A stretch of 64,000 nt of DNA from the NCBI GenBank assembly GCA_038087875.1, contig CM075991.1, forward strand, positions 6,386,001 to 6,450,000. The letters are read 5' to 3'. Positions 1 through 13,184 of this stretch are shown piece after piece. Each line of letters begins with the position of its first letter. Position 1 is the first letter of the stretch. A program made the translations under genes and the position numbers. Below the pieces are notes generated by a model. The model did no database searches. It saw only the letters and a list, made by a program, of their open reading frames with translations, and had not been told where the DNA came from. Source of the stretch: Malacoraja senta. Lineage: Eukaryota.

Positions 1-889
1 TTGCGTTGAATTCAGATCCTATATATGAAAAAGAGCCCCTCTTTTTCGCCCTCCCCCCAGATTCCCATAACTAATAAAATCATGCCCCCACTTGTGTGTG
101 CCTTGCATGAAAATCTTCTTACTTTAGGATAATAATTCCAGAGGTAAGCGTTTTCAAGACAGGCATAAGAAGAGTGAAAATTCAGAGTAACGTCCATTTC
201 TCTGACCAGTACCCAAGTAATTCTGTGGTAATTCTAACTTCCGTTCTAAAATCCTGACTGTGTCCGAGCATTAATTGCCCGGTTAATAAAATATTATAGC
301 ACGTGGGTTTGTGCTGAAAGTTACGTTGAGTGTCGGTGAGAGGCTGCAGTGTGACTGTCTCCTATTCTCTTATTAGGATACATTCCTCTTCCTCTCAATG
401 GCAGTGGGCTAAGCCTTCTCTAGCACTGAAAAAAATCTGTTGACGTGCCCAATGTGTGGAATTCCAATCCTGAAGCATCACGGCCCTACAACCCAATGGG
501 AAGGGGGGAGTGGCAGTACCACATTCCACTCATCAGTAACACATTGTTAAATATGAAATGACAAATACGAGATAACACCTCCAGCTCATCCCTGAGACAT
601 CGTTGATTCATGCAACATCACTTGCCGTGGAAGGACTCATCAGACCTTCTTGACACTGGTACTATCAAGGTTGTGGAATGACACAAATGCACCAAGTCTA
701 GTAAACTAAAAATGCACTTGTAAACGATTAACTCTTTCGGGGTACAGGGACATGTCCCAAAAGAGCGTGCACCACACTCAGCGCCACCTGTGGCCGCCCA
801 GTGAACTTCAAGTGCGTTCCCGTCATTTTGTCCGGATGAAAGGAGGTACTGGACCATCAGTTGCTGGAAAATCGGTGGTGGACCTGTAC

Positions 890-1222
890 AGAAGGAATGG
901 GTGATGTTTTGGGTTTAGACCATTCTTCAGACTGAATCAGGGGAGAGGGAGATACAGAGATAAGGAAGTGTAAGGTGTGAAAACAGGATAAAGGGGATGA
1001 AGTTCAAGGAAGATAGATCGTTGTTAGCTACGAGAAGGTAACAACAAAGCAAACAGAGATAAAATGTAAACGAGGACAGTCAGACTAGTCGGAGAACTGG
1101 GAAGGGGGGAGGGATGGAGAGAGAAGGAAGGCAAGGGTTACTTGAAGTTAGAGAAGTCAATGTTCATACCGCTGGGGTGTAAGCTGCCCAAGCAAAATAT
1201 GAGGTGTTGTTCCTCCAATTTG
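890..1222 (-). mobile_element. Penelope-like element 3' fragment
   Basis: KLEEQHLIFCLGSLHPSGMNIDFSNFK-stop (GIY-YIG C-terminus) followed by a degenerate hammerhead core. Confidence 0.85.
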
Positions 1223-4200
1223 TGGGAAAAGGGAGGGGGAGTTAAATTGTTTAGCAAGTTTAGCGGATGTTCAGGAAGGTTTAGGCGAAACAAACGCCGA
1301 GCCTGTGCTTGGCCTCGCCGATGTATCGGAGTCCACACCTGGAACAGATTATGTAATGATACAAACTCACCATAGACTCGTAAATAGAAGAGATGTTCCA
1401 TACCAGGTACAGGATGAGGTCTTCCATACCAGGTCATCGGAGATGTCCTCATTCTTTACATCCAGGATTATTACAAGGATCACAAGGAAATTTATGAGCC
1501 AAGTATATAAGAAGAACATACAAATAATTTGATTTGCCATTTTCAGTCATACCAAGAAAAAGCCGCAAGACAATAGACAACAGACAACAGACAACAGACA
1601 CACAACTACATCAAATTTAACATAAACATCCACCACAGCGCACTGTGATGGAAGGCCACGTGGATTTTCTCCGGGTGCTCCGTTTTCCTCCACCCTTCTA
1701 AAGACTTGCAGGTTTATAGGTTAACTGGCTTCTGTAAATTGTTCAGAGTGTGTCGGATAGAACTAGTACAGATGTTCGCTGGTCGGCGTGGACTTGGTGC
1801 GTTGAAGGGACTGTTTCCAACTTATATCTCCAAAACTGAACTAAACTCAGTGTTCTGACATAGGAAACACAATAGCCAAGTTTGACACAACAAGATCCCA
1901 CAAACTGCAATATCCATATAGACTTGTTGCTTTGGCTGTGGAGAGGATCCTTGCCCTTGCATTGAGTTCTTGTACTTTGGAGCTTCATTATCAGTTTTCT
2001 GCATCATTCAACGTGGACACTGTGGAATAACACAGTGTGAAGGCTGATTCCTGTGAGCGCACATAATAGTTCTGTGGTCAGCTAGTACCTGATCAAAAAT
2101 AGGACGTTTCTCCATCAAAAACTCAGTGGATAGATATGAAGATTTGTGATATCATCATGGACTGATTGTTATGGTGAGTAATGAAGGGAATTCTGTCCCA
2201 TCATGAAAATTCTGCTTTCCAGATGCTACTCACCCTCCACAGATAAAGTGATAAATGTGGTTGCTTTTTGCCGTGTTGACCACTTTTTTAATACAACTGT
2301 AGAGTCGAGATTGCTCATTAAGGAGCAGGATATTGGTGCAGTGGTAGAGTCGCTGCCTTACAGTGCCAGAGACCGGGATTCAACCCCGACCTGGTTGGCG
2401 TTTGTGCATTCTCCCTGTGACCTTGTGGGTTTCCTCCGTGTGCTCCGGTTTCCTCCCACATTCCAAAGATGTGCAGGTTTGTGGGTCAATGGCTTCTGTA
2501 AATTGCCCCTAGTGCAGTGGATAGGCGTGATCATTGGTCGTTGCGGACTCAGTGGGCCGAAGGGCGTGTTTCCAAGATGTATCACTAAACTAAACTAAAC
2601 TAAGATTGCCTGGGATCTCATTTTACTGACACGTAGACAGACATGTAACAGTCAGATAGACCTGGACCTGCTCCTGCTAATTGACTGACAAGAGGAATTG
2701 CAGATGCTGGTTTACAAAAAAAGTGCTGGAGTAACTCAGTGGGTCAGACAGCATCTCTGGAGGAGGTGGACAGGCAACGTTTTGGGTTGAGGCTCTTTGG
2801 ACAATTATCTGATTTTTATCATTTAAGAAGTTTAAGAAGCATTTAGAAAGATATGTGAATAGGGTAGGTTTAGAAGGATATGGGCCAAACGCAGGCTGGG
2901 GGGACTAGTGTAGATGGGGCATGTTGGTCCGCACTATATGACTGTTTGTCCAAGTGGAATGTTTCCACTTGGACAAACAAGTGCATTCTCTTATTCCAAA
3001 TCCCAACCCCAAACCCAATTCTGCTCTGTATACTTCTGTGAAATAGGAGGTTTTAGAACAGAGACAAATTTGTGACAAGATACAAACACAGGGCCTAATA
3101 TGCTATCACGTACAGTCCACACAGGACAGATTTAGAGGGAATGCTTCACCGTGGCAACTTCAGCAGTTTGAACTCTTGGCTGGTTTTGTTCATCAGACTT
3201 TGAATCTCCTGGTTTTCGAGATTCTGAATGGCATTGAGAGTCTGACCCGAAACATCACCCATTCCTTCTCTCCAGTGTTTTGTGCCTATCTTCAGCACTA
3301 ATTCAGCCTCCTAGCTTCCAGTGAATCAGATGCAAACTGAGCATAAGTGTATTCCATAATGGTTACATTCACTGCACAAGCAAGCATTTCAAAGCTGAGA
3401 AACTTGCTTCAAATAGTTAATCTATAGTTTTTGACACTTAAAAGCCTGAAAGCAATTTGACTTGGAAATGAATAAGTTAAAAATGCCTACACTGACATTC
3501 TCACGTAAAAGTCAACCAGTGACGTGGGGGATAAAGAAAGGAAGTTTGAATGACTTCAAGGAAATCCTCTCTCTAGTATAATTTCCCCTTTTCCTTTATC
3601 TGTGCTTGTAAACAGTACATTAACAATCATGCCAAGATCACTGGACCCAGCGTATGATTAGAAGATGCTACGATAGGCTTGATTGCAAGAAACACCACCC
3701 ACTTAAAGACACTATCTCTCTTCTGGTGATCAAATGTCCTTGAGGTCAACAGGTTTAATGTTATGAAGGGGATGGACTTATGCAACAACCTTAACTTCAT
3801 GCCAAGAGATATAAGTAGAATACATTCTAAAATACATTCTCACCTTGTTCCAAGCATGTTACTAATTCCTTCAATGTTGAAGACCTAGTTAGTTAACAGG
3901 TGACAACTTTCACCAACATCTTTAAACATCGGACTTTTTGAAGCTTCCTAGGCCAAATAAAAGCTGAAAGATTAAATGATATATTCTTTTGCTAGCTGGC
4001 TGATCTCAGATTTAGTTATGTAAAGCCCACTGATGCATTATCTGGGGACAAGACGGATGTGATGCCTGGAACATTATCCCAGTCAGGAACCTAAACATAG
4101 AAACATGGGACTGCAGATGCTGGTTTACACAAAAGGGCGCAAAGTAATGGTGTAACTCAGCGGGACAGGCCGCATCTCTGGAGAGCATGGATAGTTGACG

Positions 4201-4840
4201 TTTCGGGTTGGGGACCTTTCTTCAGACTGTGCACTTGGCAAAACACACTATTCAATAACTTCAGCAGACCGTGTTGTACCTTCGAAATTCATTCCATGAT
4301 GGAATGGCTTTCAGGGGCAAAGTTCAATGTGCGAATGCTACCTGACTAAAGATAATTTTTGAGCAATTTTGCCAGGCTTAGTTTTCAAGGACATGATGAC
4401 CTTTGTGGGTATTGGGAATGCTCTGCCCAGAATGCTTTGAACTTTTGAAGAGCAAGTCTGATTGACTGTATTTCTATCAGGTGAGAGAATCAAGATTTAT
4501 GGAACAATGATGAGTAAATGTTCAGGTACAGATTGGTCATGATCAAGTTGATTGGTGGAGCAGCTTAGTCAGACGAACGATTCTTCTTTCCTTGGTTTAT
4601 ATAGCTCTCTTTCACTATCTTCAATGGAAGCTTTTCACAAATGTGACGAAAGGATGCATACATCTACCTCCACAGTAATTTTCACATAATAATGTTAATT
4701 ATCAGAACTGCCAAAAATCATTTCCCCCAGTTAGATCACATTGAACAAAATTCAATGGCTTAAGAAGTTAATTACCACCTCATTGGCCTTGTTTCTTAAG
4801 GAGGAAAATGTATTGCCCCAGAGATTAAAAAATAACATCT

Positions 4841-5791
4841 ATAATAATAATAATAATAATCATTTTATTTACTGGCGCCTTTCTAAAACCCAAGGACACC
4901 TTACAATGCATAGAATCACAACAAAAAAAAAATACAAAACACATAATCGGAATAAATTAAATATAAAAACACCACAGTACACAAATCAAGGACAGAATTC
5001 AATTTCAAGAGCACCAAAAGAAAATAATAAACACAATTTGAGGAGAGAGCAGCGGCGACCAATTCGCGCCAGCGTCCACTCTCCCCTCCGACCGCCATCT
5101 TGTACACGGACTAACAGGCACAGCACACAAAATCATCCCTCCACAATGACCACCACTGTGGGGAAGGCACAATGTCCAGTCCCCAACCCAGTTCTCCCCA
5201 GAGTCAGGCCCATCGAGGCCACCACAGTTGCCTCTACGGAGGCCCGATGTTCCTGGCCGTCGGGAGAGTCCTCGCAGTGGCTGGAACGGCTGGTTTACCA
5301 GCGGAGTCGATGGCACCTGAAGCCGACAGGGCCGCGCCGACTTGGAGCCACGAGGCTCCCGATGTTGGAGTCGGCACCGCCGCCCGCGGCTGGTCGCTCC
5401 ACAGTCCCGCAGCCCGGAGGTGTTGATGTCGGCAGTCAGCGCATACCGGAGCTCCAGCGCGTCGATCCAGCGCGGCGACCCAGGCAAGGCATCGCCCGCT
5501 ACGCTCTCCGATAGCGCTCCAGCGCTGTGCCGCCACCGAAGCTGAAGGTGCTGGGCGGTCCCCGTCAGGAAACGGCGCTCCACGCCCGCTGGTAGGCCAC
5601 GAGGACGGGTCGACGAGGCAGCCTGGAGAAAAAGCTGCCTCACCGACCAGGTAGGGACCTAGAAATAGTTTCCCCCACATTAAAAGTCAAAACCCCCCAA
5701 ACAAACAAAGAAATAAAAAACACTAAAACTAAAGAAAGAGTGAATTTGACGGACGGCTGCTGTTTAGCAGCCGTTCCTCCAAGATGGCCGA
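4841..5791 (-). mobile_element. GC-rich composite non-autonomous retroposon with L2-like tail
   Basis: Minus-strand tail TGTAAGGTGTCCTTGGGTTTTAGAAAGGCGCC...(ATT)n; CpG-rich body sharply distinct from AT-rich flanks. Confidence 0.6.
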
Positions 5792-5944
5792 TCACTCTTT
5801 CAAGTGAGGGAACTATTTGTTGCAAATTAACTGAGTCTTTCTGGTATTTCACTAATAGAATATGCGATCTGAAATGTAGTTGTGGCTGAGATGTTTTAAA
5901 AGGGAAAGAATTATCGTGTAAGCGCCTCTACCATTAATTTCAGG

Positions 5945-6345
5945 AGTGTTGAGAGTCAAGACAGGTTGGACAAACTTGGATTGTTTTCTCTGGAGCACGA
6001 AAGTTAAGGGAAGACCTGCGTAGAAATAGATAAAATTAGGAGAGGTATAGATAGGGTAGAAATGTCAAATAATAACTTCAAGGTTAAAGTTTAAAGGAGA
6101 TGCTTGGGGCAAGTTTCTTTACACAGTTTTGTAGGTGCCTCGAATGCACAGCAGGGGGGTGGTAGTGGAAGCAGATATGACAGTGGCATTTAAGAGACTT
6201 TCAGATAGACAAATAGGTATGGAGGGAATGGAGCCATATGGATTATATGCAGGGAGAGGAGGTTAGTTTAACTTGGCATAATGTTCGGCACAGATGTTAT
6301 GGGCTGACGGATCTGTCTCTGAGCTGTACACTTCTATGTTCTAAA
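5945..6345 (+). mobile_element. Diverged CR1 3' fragment (similar copies at 7865-8250 +, 31250-31705 -, 58148-58500 -, 59200-59650 -, 59805-60083 +)
   Basis: GACAGGTTGGACAAACTTGGATTGTTTTCTCTGGAG...; tail TTCTATGTTCTA. Confidence 0.8.
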
Positions 6346-9087
6346 GACCAGAATATATAATATAAATTTCCCATTACAAACCATTTTGTGCATCATGACA
6401 TTTATCATTGTTTTATCTGAAGATTATCATCAAAAATACCCAACTCCCATATGTTGTAACTCCAAATGTTTTCTGCGCCAATGTTTGTCTGATCTGAAAC
6501 CTATTGTAAGATGTTCTTCAAACTGACAGAATCTTATTATATAGTAATTGCTATGACCGATTGGAATTGCCAAGGTGTTTTTTACCTCCTTCAGTTAACT
6601 CCCAAACAAAACAATAATCTCAAACTTTAAAAGGCTCCTGGAGAGTCTGGGGGAGTAGATGGGTTCTCAAACCTCTAGTCAGTCTGCAACAGTCTGAACA
6701 AATGCAGTGAGGTTGGTACCTGGGCAGGTTGAGTAAGACCATAAGACATAGGTGCAGAATTAGGCCATTCGGTCCATCAAGTCTATTCCGCCATTCGATC
6801 TATTTTTCCTTCTCAAGCCGTTCTCCAGCCTTCTCCACGTAACCTTTGACGCCCTTACTAATCAAGAGCCTATCAATCTATGCTTTAAAGATATTCAATG
6901 ACTTGGCTTCCACCGCCATTTGTGGCAATGAAATCTACAGATTAGCTAAAGAAATTCCTCCTGATTCTGGTTCTAGACTGGAATCATCCTTTCCACATCC
7001 ACTCTATCCAGGCCTTTCAGGCACAGTTGGGACGGTACCTGGACAGTTTGAGCAAACGCAATAAGGATATTTGCTGCTCATCCCGGGCTAAAGGGATGTC
7101 TCCCACCTTATGGCCGTCTTTATATCTTCTAAATGACTTTGAAAGAAAGTGAAAGTTGTTATTATTTTAAGCTTAATTTCATATATTAATAATATTATTG
7201 ATGTTGATTGAAATTCCATTGAAAATACTCAGACAACGCCTATTAATGAAAAGAGTAATGTGGCCTGCCGTTTATGGCTTTCCTTTCATTTGTTTCTCAG
7301 TTGCCAAGTATTGCTGGGACACAAGAGACTGTCGGAGCTGAATATGCAGAACTCATCCAGCAGATTAGACACAAAAAACTGGAGTAACTCAGCGGGTCGG
7401 GCAGCATCTCTGGAGAAAATGGTTAGGTGACGTTTTGGTTCAGGACCCTTCTTCAGACTGATTTTGGGAGGTGGTGGCGGGCTGGAAGCAAGTTAAGACC
7501 AGGACATATCGGGACAGGCAACAGATGACCTTGGGCAGGGTGGTTCCCTGATAGGCCAATTGTTGGCTAGGGACAGTGATCCCAAGAGGGATACATCATT
7601 GCAAACTGTGGAACTGATTAATTATCCTCAAGTAGTTTCTTTTTAACCAAATATTGTTGCCCGCTGATTCATTTTACATTTTTCTTCAATTTTCTTTAAA
7701 ATATCTTGTAAGTTCCGTAGATCACATTATTTGGAATGACCAGTGAGATTACCATTGTTTCTTATATCTATTTATATCATGTATCCAATGAGATCATATG
7801 TTTGTACAAATAAGTTTACTCTATGTTTAACAAAGTTATTTATGTTAACAATAATAACGGAGTTACAGTATATAAAGTTGTGAGAGGCAGATTTAGGAAA
7901 AGTGGTCAGATCCTTTCTTTCAGGGTGGGAAATGTCAAATACGAGAGTGCATAGCTTTTTGAGGTCAAAAGGTAGAAGTTTAAAGGAGATGTGAGGGGCC
8001 AGTTTTATACAGAGAGTGGTGGGTGTCTGGAATGTGCTGCCAGGGGGTGGTGGTGGAAGCAGATACAAAAGTGATGTTTAAAGAGGCTTTTAGATAGGCA
8101 TGGATATGCAGGGAATGGTGGGGAGTGCGGGGGCGGGAGGGGGGGTGGAACGAATTATATGCAGACAGAGGAGATTAGTTTAACTTGACATTACGTTTGA
8201 CATTGACATTATGGCCCAAAGAATCTGTTCCTGTAATGTTCTGTTCTATGTACTGCTCTATGTAATCCTATGTTTAATGAAGTCAATTGTTTTGCAAATT
8301 TAAGTATTATGTGAATTGGGATCAGTTATGCTTATGCTGCATTTAATCAGATCACTCATATAAGTTTGGATATTTTTATTGTCCTTGACAGAGATAGACC
8401 CACATCCAATATTATGAACTCCAAGATGATTGGGTGTCTCGCCTTGTTGCAGCCTCCTTCCACCTTCTCTGCTGTTGTGTCACCAACCAGAGGAAGAGAA
8501 AGGTGGAGTTGGTGGTGCTGAAGCAGATGGTGATAATGAAAATGATGAAGATGATGATGAGGAGGAAGAGGATGAAGATGAAGAAGAAAATAAGTCCCAA
8601 GGAATACCATTTCACCATCCTCCCCCCGTTTCACAGTCGAGGTCTTCTTCTTGGTCCGCGTTTTGTCAGGAACCTTCCCCTCAACCTGCCTGCCATGGGC
8701 GACCCTGCCTGGAACATAGCTTCAAACAATTTAGCTCTCGGGATCTTAGGAACACGCAAGGATCTCCAGCGTGACAGGATGGAGATCTTCAAAGAAAGAA
8801 TTGCAAATATTTAAAGCCGATACTCCATACATGATCAACCAGCACGGTACCTTCATACATTTAGTATTCTATCCCTTTAAGAGAAGGATGACCATTGAAT
8901 TTGCCTTTTTACTTTTCCCTTGGTCTTTGATGATAAATGATCTATGAACCCAATAGGTCGGTTTCATTCAATTGAGAAATTTTAAATATCTGCAGATTCT
9001 GGAACTCACGAGTAAATGTTTTTCATCTAGCTCTTTGACATGAAATATTAGTTCTTTTTTTTCTTACTTGCTGCCTGACCTGCTGAG

Positions 9088-9552
9088 GCATAGAGTCATA
9101 GTCATATACCATGGAAACAGGCCCTTCGGCCCAACTTGCCCATAGCGACCAACATGTCCCATCTACATGAGTCCCACTTACCTGCATTTGGCCCATATCC
9201 CTCTAAACCTGTCCTATCTATGCACCTGTCTAATTGTTTCTTAAGCATTGCAATAGTCCTGCCTCAACTACTTCCTCTGGCAACTCATCCCATACACCCA
9301 CCAACCCCATTGTGAGACCAAGTTATCCCTATTAAATCGTTCCCCGTTCACCTTAAACCTATGTCCTCTGATTCTCGTTTCCCCTACTCTGGGCAAGAGG
9401 CATCTGTGCATCCACCCGATCTATTCCTCACATGATTTTATACACTTCTATAAGATCACCCCTCATTCTCCTGCTCTCCAAGGAATAGAGTCCCAGCCTG
9501 CTCAACCTCTAACTATAGCTCAGACCCTCGAGTCCTGGCAACATCCTCGTAA
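9088..9552 (-). mobile_element. CR1 LINE 3' fragment
   Basis: Aligns by eye with 54368-54830. Confidence 0.85.
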
Positions 9553-9674
9553 AAGTCTTGTGAGCATTTTCTGTTTTTACTCAGAGTCCAATCAAATCTG
9601 GATCATACTTAGATTTCCATTTCCATGCACTAAATGAAACCACATTGTTCACTCACATTGTTCACTCACATTAA

Positions 9675-9911
9675 AGGGCCTGTCCCACTTTCACGACCTA
9701 ATTCACGACCTCTACCGAGTTTGCCCTTGACTCATACTCGCAGCATGGTCGTCACGAGGTCGTAGGAGGTCGTAGGTAGGTCGCAGCAGGCCGTGATGCT
9801 AGGCGTAGGTACTCATGGCATCAAGTAGGTCGGGGCGTTTTTCTAGCATGATAAAAAATGGCCATGAGTAAAAAAGGTTGTGAATTAGGTCGTGAAAGTG
9901 GGACAGGCCCT
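9675..9911. mobile_element. PIF/Harbinger-type MITE, short form
   Basis: TIR AGGGCCTGTCCCACTTTCACGACCTAATTCAC / GTGAATTAGGTCGTGAAAGTGGGACAGGCCCT; TAA TSD on both sides. Confidence 0.9.
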
Positions 9912-10558
9912 TAACAGCGGAAGCACTTTATAGATGCACGGCAGGTCAAGGCCACCTGGTGGTGGTGCTGCATCATTGCCCAAGGTTGTTGAGAAAGAGT
10001 TTACAATCTGCAAGGAGGAAACTTTTTGTCCAGTGGGCTGCTGAATAGTGGGAACACCCATAAACAAACAGATAACTGCAGAACACGCAGAGTGTCAGGA
10101 GAAATGGTCAACTACACAAGAAAACAAATCCTGACCTCGAACAAACCTCAAATTATCCTTGGATTGGGGAGGGGGTGGGAGGTGGACAATGTCCAATTCA
10201 GTTTCCATCCAGTTTTAGAGCTTATATTTATTCCTTTATTTCTATTTTCTGTCCCAAACTCTCCCCAACCAGGTGGTGGCTTATCAGCACATCTGTTGTG
10301 TTTTTGCAATGCTTGGACCATGTGCTATTGGTGTTACTGTGCCTGACCTTATTCCTACTGGTGGGTCCACCCCAGCGCCTAGCAAAATATTTACTTTGTA
10401 TGATTGTTCTTTTAATGAATGCACGGTCATCTTAAGAGATGTTCATGCAGGGTTTAATTCCGCATTTTTCTCTTAACGTTCGTGCTCAATGTACCAGCTT
10501 CAATATGCACATAACCAAAGTGCACCCACTTTTCTCTGCACCCTCTTTGATATCCAGT

Positions 10559-10720
10559 TGTGCAGGGAGGAACTGTAGATGCTGGTTTAAACCGGACAGA
10601 CACAAAAAGCTGGAGTAACTCAGCGGGTCAGGCAGCATTCGACCCGATACGGCACCTATTTATTTTCTTCAGAGATGCTGCCTGACCCGCTGAGTTACTC
10701 CAGCTTTTTGCGTCTGTCTT
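10559..10720. mobile_element. Penelope-derived fold-back unit
   Basis: Inverted arms GCTGGAGTAACTCAGCGGGTCAGGCAGCAT / ATGCTGCCTGACCCGCTGAGTTACTCCAGC. Confidence 0.85.
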
Positions 10721-11952
10721 TGGTATCCAATTGAATGTCCTCCTCTTTTATAATTTTTATTTCATTCCTCGACCCATTCCGATAACCAAGGTTTTGGAGC
10801 CGAGAATTAACTAGCCAGGATGTGGCAACAGGGAACTTAAATCATAATACAGTTATGTAGAGTCGATATGAAATTAAACAGGCAAATCTAGTGAGAAGTA
10901 GACACGTGGAAGTGCAGATGCTGGAGTCTTGTGTAGAACATAAACTGCTGGAGTAACTGAGCAGGTCAGGCAGCATCTTTGGCTGCAGGGTGAATGTGCA
11001 AACTCCACACAGACAGCACCCGAGGTCAGGATCGAACCTCGGGTCTCCGGCTTTGTAAGGGAGCGGCACTACCGGCTGTGCCACTGTGTCGCCCAGTACA
11101 GAATCTGTCAATTAGTATGCTCTTTACTAAGATTTGATTGCCTTTTAATATGTTTTAAATCATCTTAGGATCTCCTATTTACTCGGTTTCAGAGAAAGAG
11201 GAACCTTTGAGTCTGGGGCACTTGGATCCAGTTTTAATGAACAATGAAAACAGAAAGTGCTGCAAATACTTAAGTGTTAAGGAGCAAAAATTGTTTTACA
11301 AATAATCCACAATTAAGGACCTTCGAGGACTTCCCTTCGTGTTATACATGATATCTGATCCAGATTTTTCTCTATTTCTGCAGATTCTCATGCACTTGAT
11401 AGTATGGGACTGATTTATATGTTTCACCCAAGATATATAATTAGCCAAGATCTATAATTATAGAGACGTCACTGAATATCCATTTATTCAGTATTTCCAA
11501 ACCCTGGGTTTTTGGATGATCTCAAGCATTAATTCAGAAGGGCTGTTACAGTTTGAGTTAAAAATAAATCTCATGAATGTGTAATTGCCTTTCCCAGGTC
11601 AATGTACAAATAATTAGTGACTTTCTCACCCCACCCCCACACTCTTGTCAACACAAGTGAGCAAGCAAAAGTTATCGGCCAATGTCAACATAGCTACAGC
11701 GCTGCCCAGACACTTGGGACGGAGTCCAGGCAAACTTAAGTGCATTAACACTTCAACTGAGGCAAGGCATGGGGAATAACAACACTGCAGTCCTGGTCTG
11801 ACAATAGTGACAGGGGTAAAATCACCTTGAGGCACAAACAGGGGCAACAGTCCAGCAATTCCACCCAGAAAGATCCAGTCCCTTGGTGAAAAGCTTCTTC
11901 CCTACAGCCACCAGGCTACTAAACACTTCAAACTCCAAATGAGGTCTGAACT

Positions 11953-12435
11953 ATGTGTAGGAAGGAACTGCAGATGCTGATTTAAACAGACAATAGACAC
12001 AAAAAGCTGGAGAAACTCAGCGGGACAGTGGAGTGAAGGAATTGGTGACGTTTTGGGTCGAGACTCTTCTTCAGACTAATCAGGGGAAAGGAAAACGAGA
12101 GATATATAGACATGATGTAGAAAGATAAAGAACAATGAAAGATATGCAAAAAAGTAACGATGATAAAGGAAACAGGCCATTCTTAGCTGTTTGTTGGATG
12201 AAAACGAGAAGCTGTTGCGACTTGAGTGGGGGAGGGATGGAGAGAGAGGGAATGCCGGGGTTACTTGAAGCTAGAGAAATCAATATTCATACCACTGGGC
12301 TGTAAGCTGCCCAAGCGAAATATGAGTTGCTGTTCCTCCAATTTGCGTTTAGCCTCACTCTGACAATGGAGGAGACCTAGGACAGAATGGTCAGTGTGGG
12401 AATGGGAAGGAGAATTAAAGTGTTTAGCGACGGGA
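11953..12435 (-). mobile_element. Penelope-like element 3' fragment with hammerhead-bearing terminal repeat
   Basis: PVAKHFNSPSHSH...KRKLEEQQLIFRLGSLQPSGMNIDFSSFK; CTGAAGA..GACCC.AAACGTC core; GAACTA on both flanks. Confidence 0.9.
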
Positions 12436-12622
12436 GAACTACATAGACTTGGGGGCATTGGTTTTTATCTATTTGCATTATTATTGTTTGTTTGTTTGCA
12501 TTTATCTGCATATATGTGTGTATATGTGTGTGTATATATATATATATATATGTTTGTGTGTGTGTATATATATAGTTTACAGAGTACTTTGGCTACATAT
12601 TCTGTTGTGCTGCTGCAAGTAA

Positions 12623-13184
12623 AGGGGCTGTCCCACTTGGGAGACCTAATTGGCGAGTTTAGAAGAGTTTGAAAAATGACATGTTGAAGACCTCCTTCGA
12701 CTATGTAGAAGACCTTCTTCGACTCCTTCGACTATGTTGAAGACCAGCTTCAACATAGCTACGACTAGCTACGACTAACTTCGGGAAAATTGGACACCGA
12801 ATAGTGGAAAGTGAAGACGACCTCCTTCGATCTACTTCGACCTCCCTTCGACTATGATGAAGACTATCTACGACTACCTTCGACTTCCCTCGATTACCTA
12901 CGACTAACATGCGACCTACTACGACCTACTACGACTAAACCTACGAGTTAAATAAAGTATAGATTATTTCCATGGCGACCTTTTTTTAACTTGCGGGCAA
13001 TTTTTTACATATTGAAAAAAACGGCGTGACCTAGCTGAGGCCTCGAGTACGCAGAGACCAGTCTCGAGCATGAAGGAGAGTTACGAAGACCTCCTACGAC
13101 CTCGTGTCGACCATGCTGCGAATATGAAGTCGAGGGAAACTCGCCAGAACTCGCGGATTAGGTCACCCAAGTGGGACAGGCCCT
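12623..13184. mobile_element. PIF/Harbinger-type MITE, long form
   Basis: TIR AGGGGCTGTCCCACTTGGG.GACCTAAT; TAA/TAG flanks; internal CTTCGAC/CTACGAC arrays; inserted in a Rex1-like tail. Confidence 0.9.

Noticed and set aside
60..450. Possible exons from AG/GT signals at 60, 143 and 376
   Set aside because: Frames I translated (all three after 376, one after 60) hit stops within ~25 codons
4741..5680. Long overlapping ORFs (257, 212, 148 aa)
   Set aside because: No domain; explained by high GC content in a repeat
8779..8814. MEIFK match to ARHGAP25, the expected neighbour
   Set aside because: Five-residue match only; no coiled-coil or other ARHGAP25 sequence around it
12680..12950. CRISPR-like or coding repeat array
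   Set aside because: Short degenerate motifs without spacers, inside a TIR element in eukaryotic DNA
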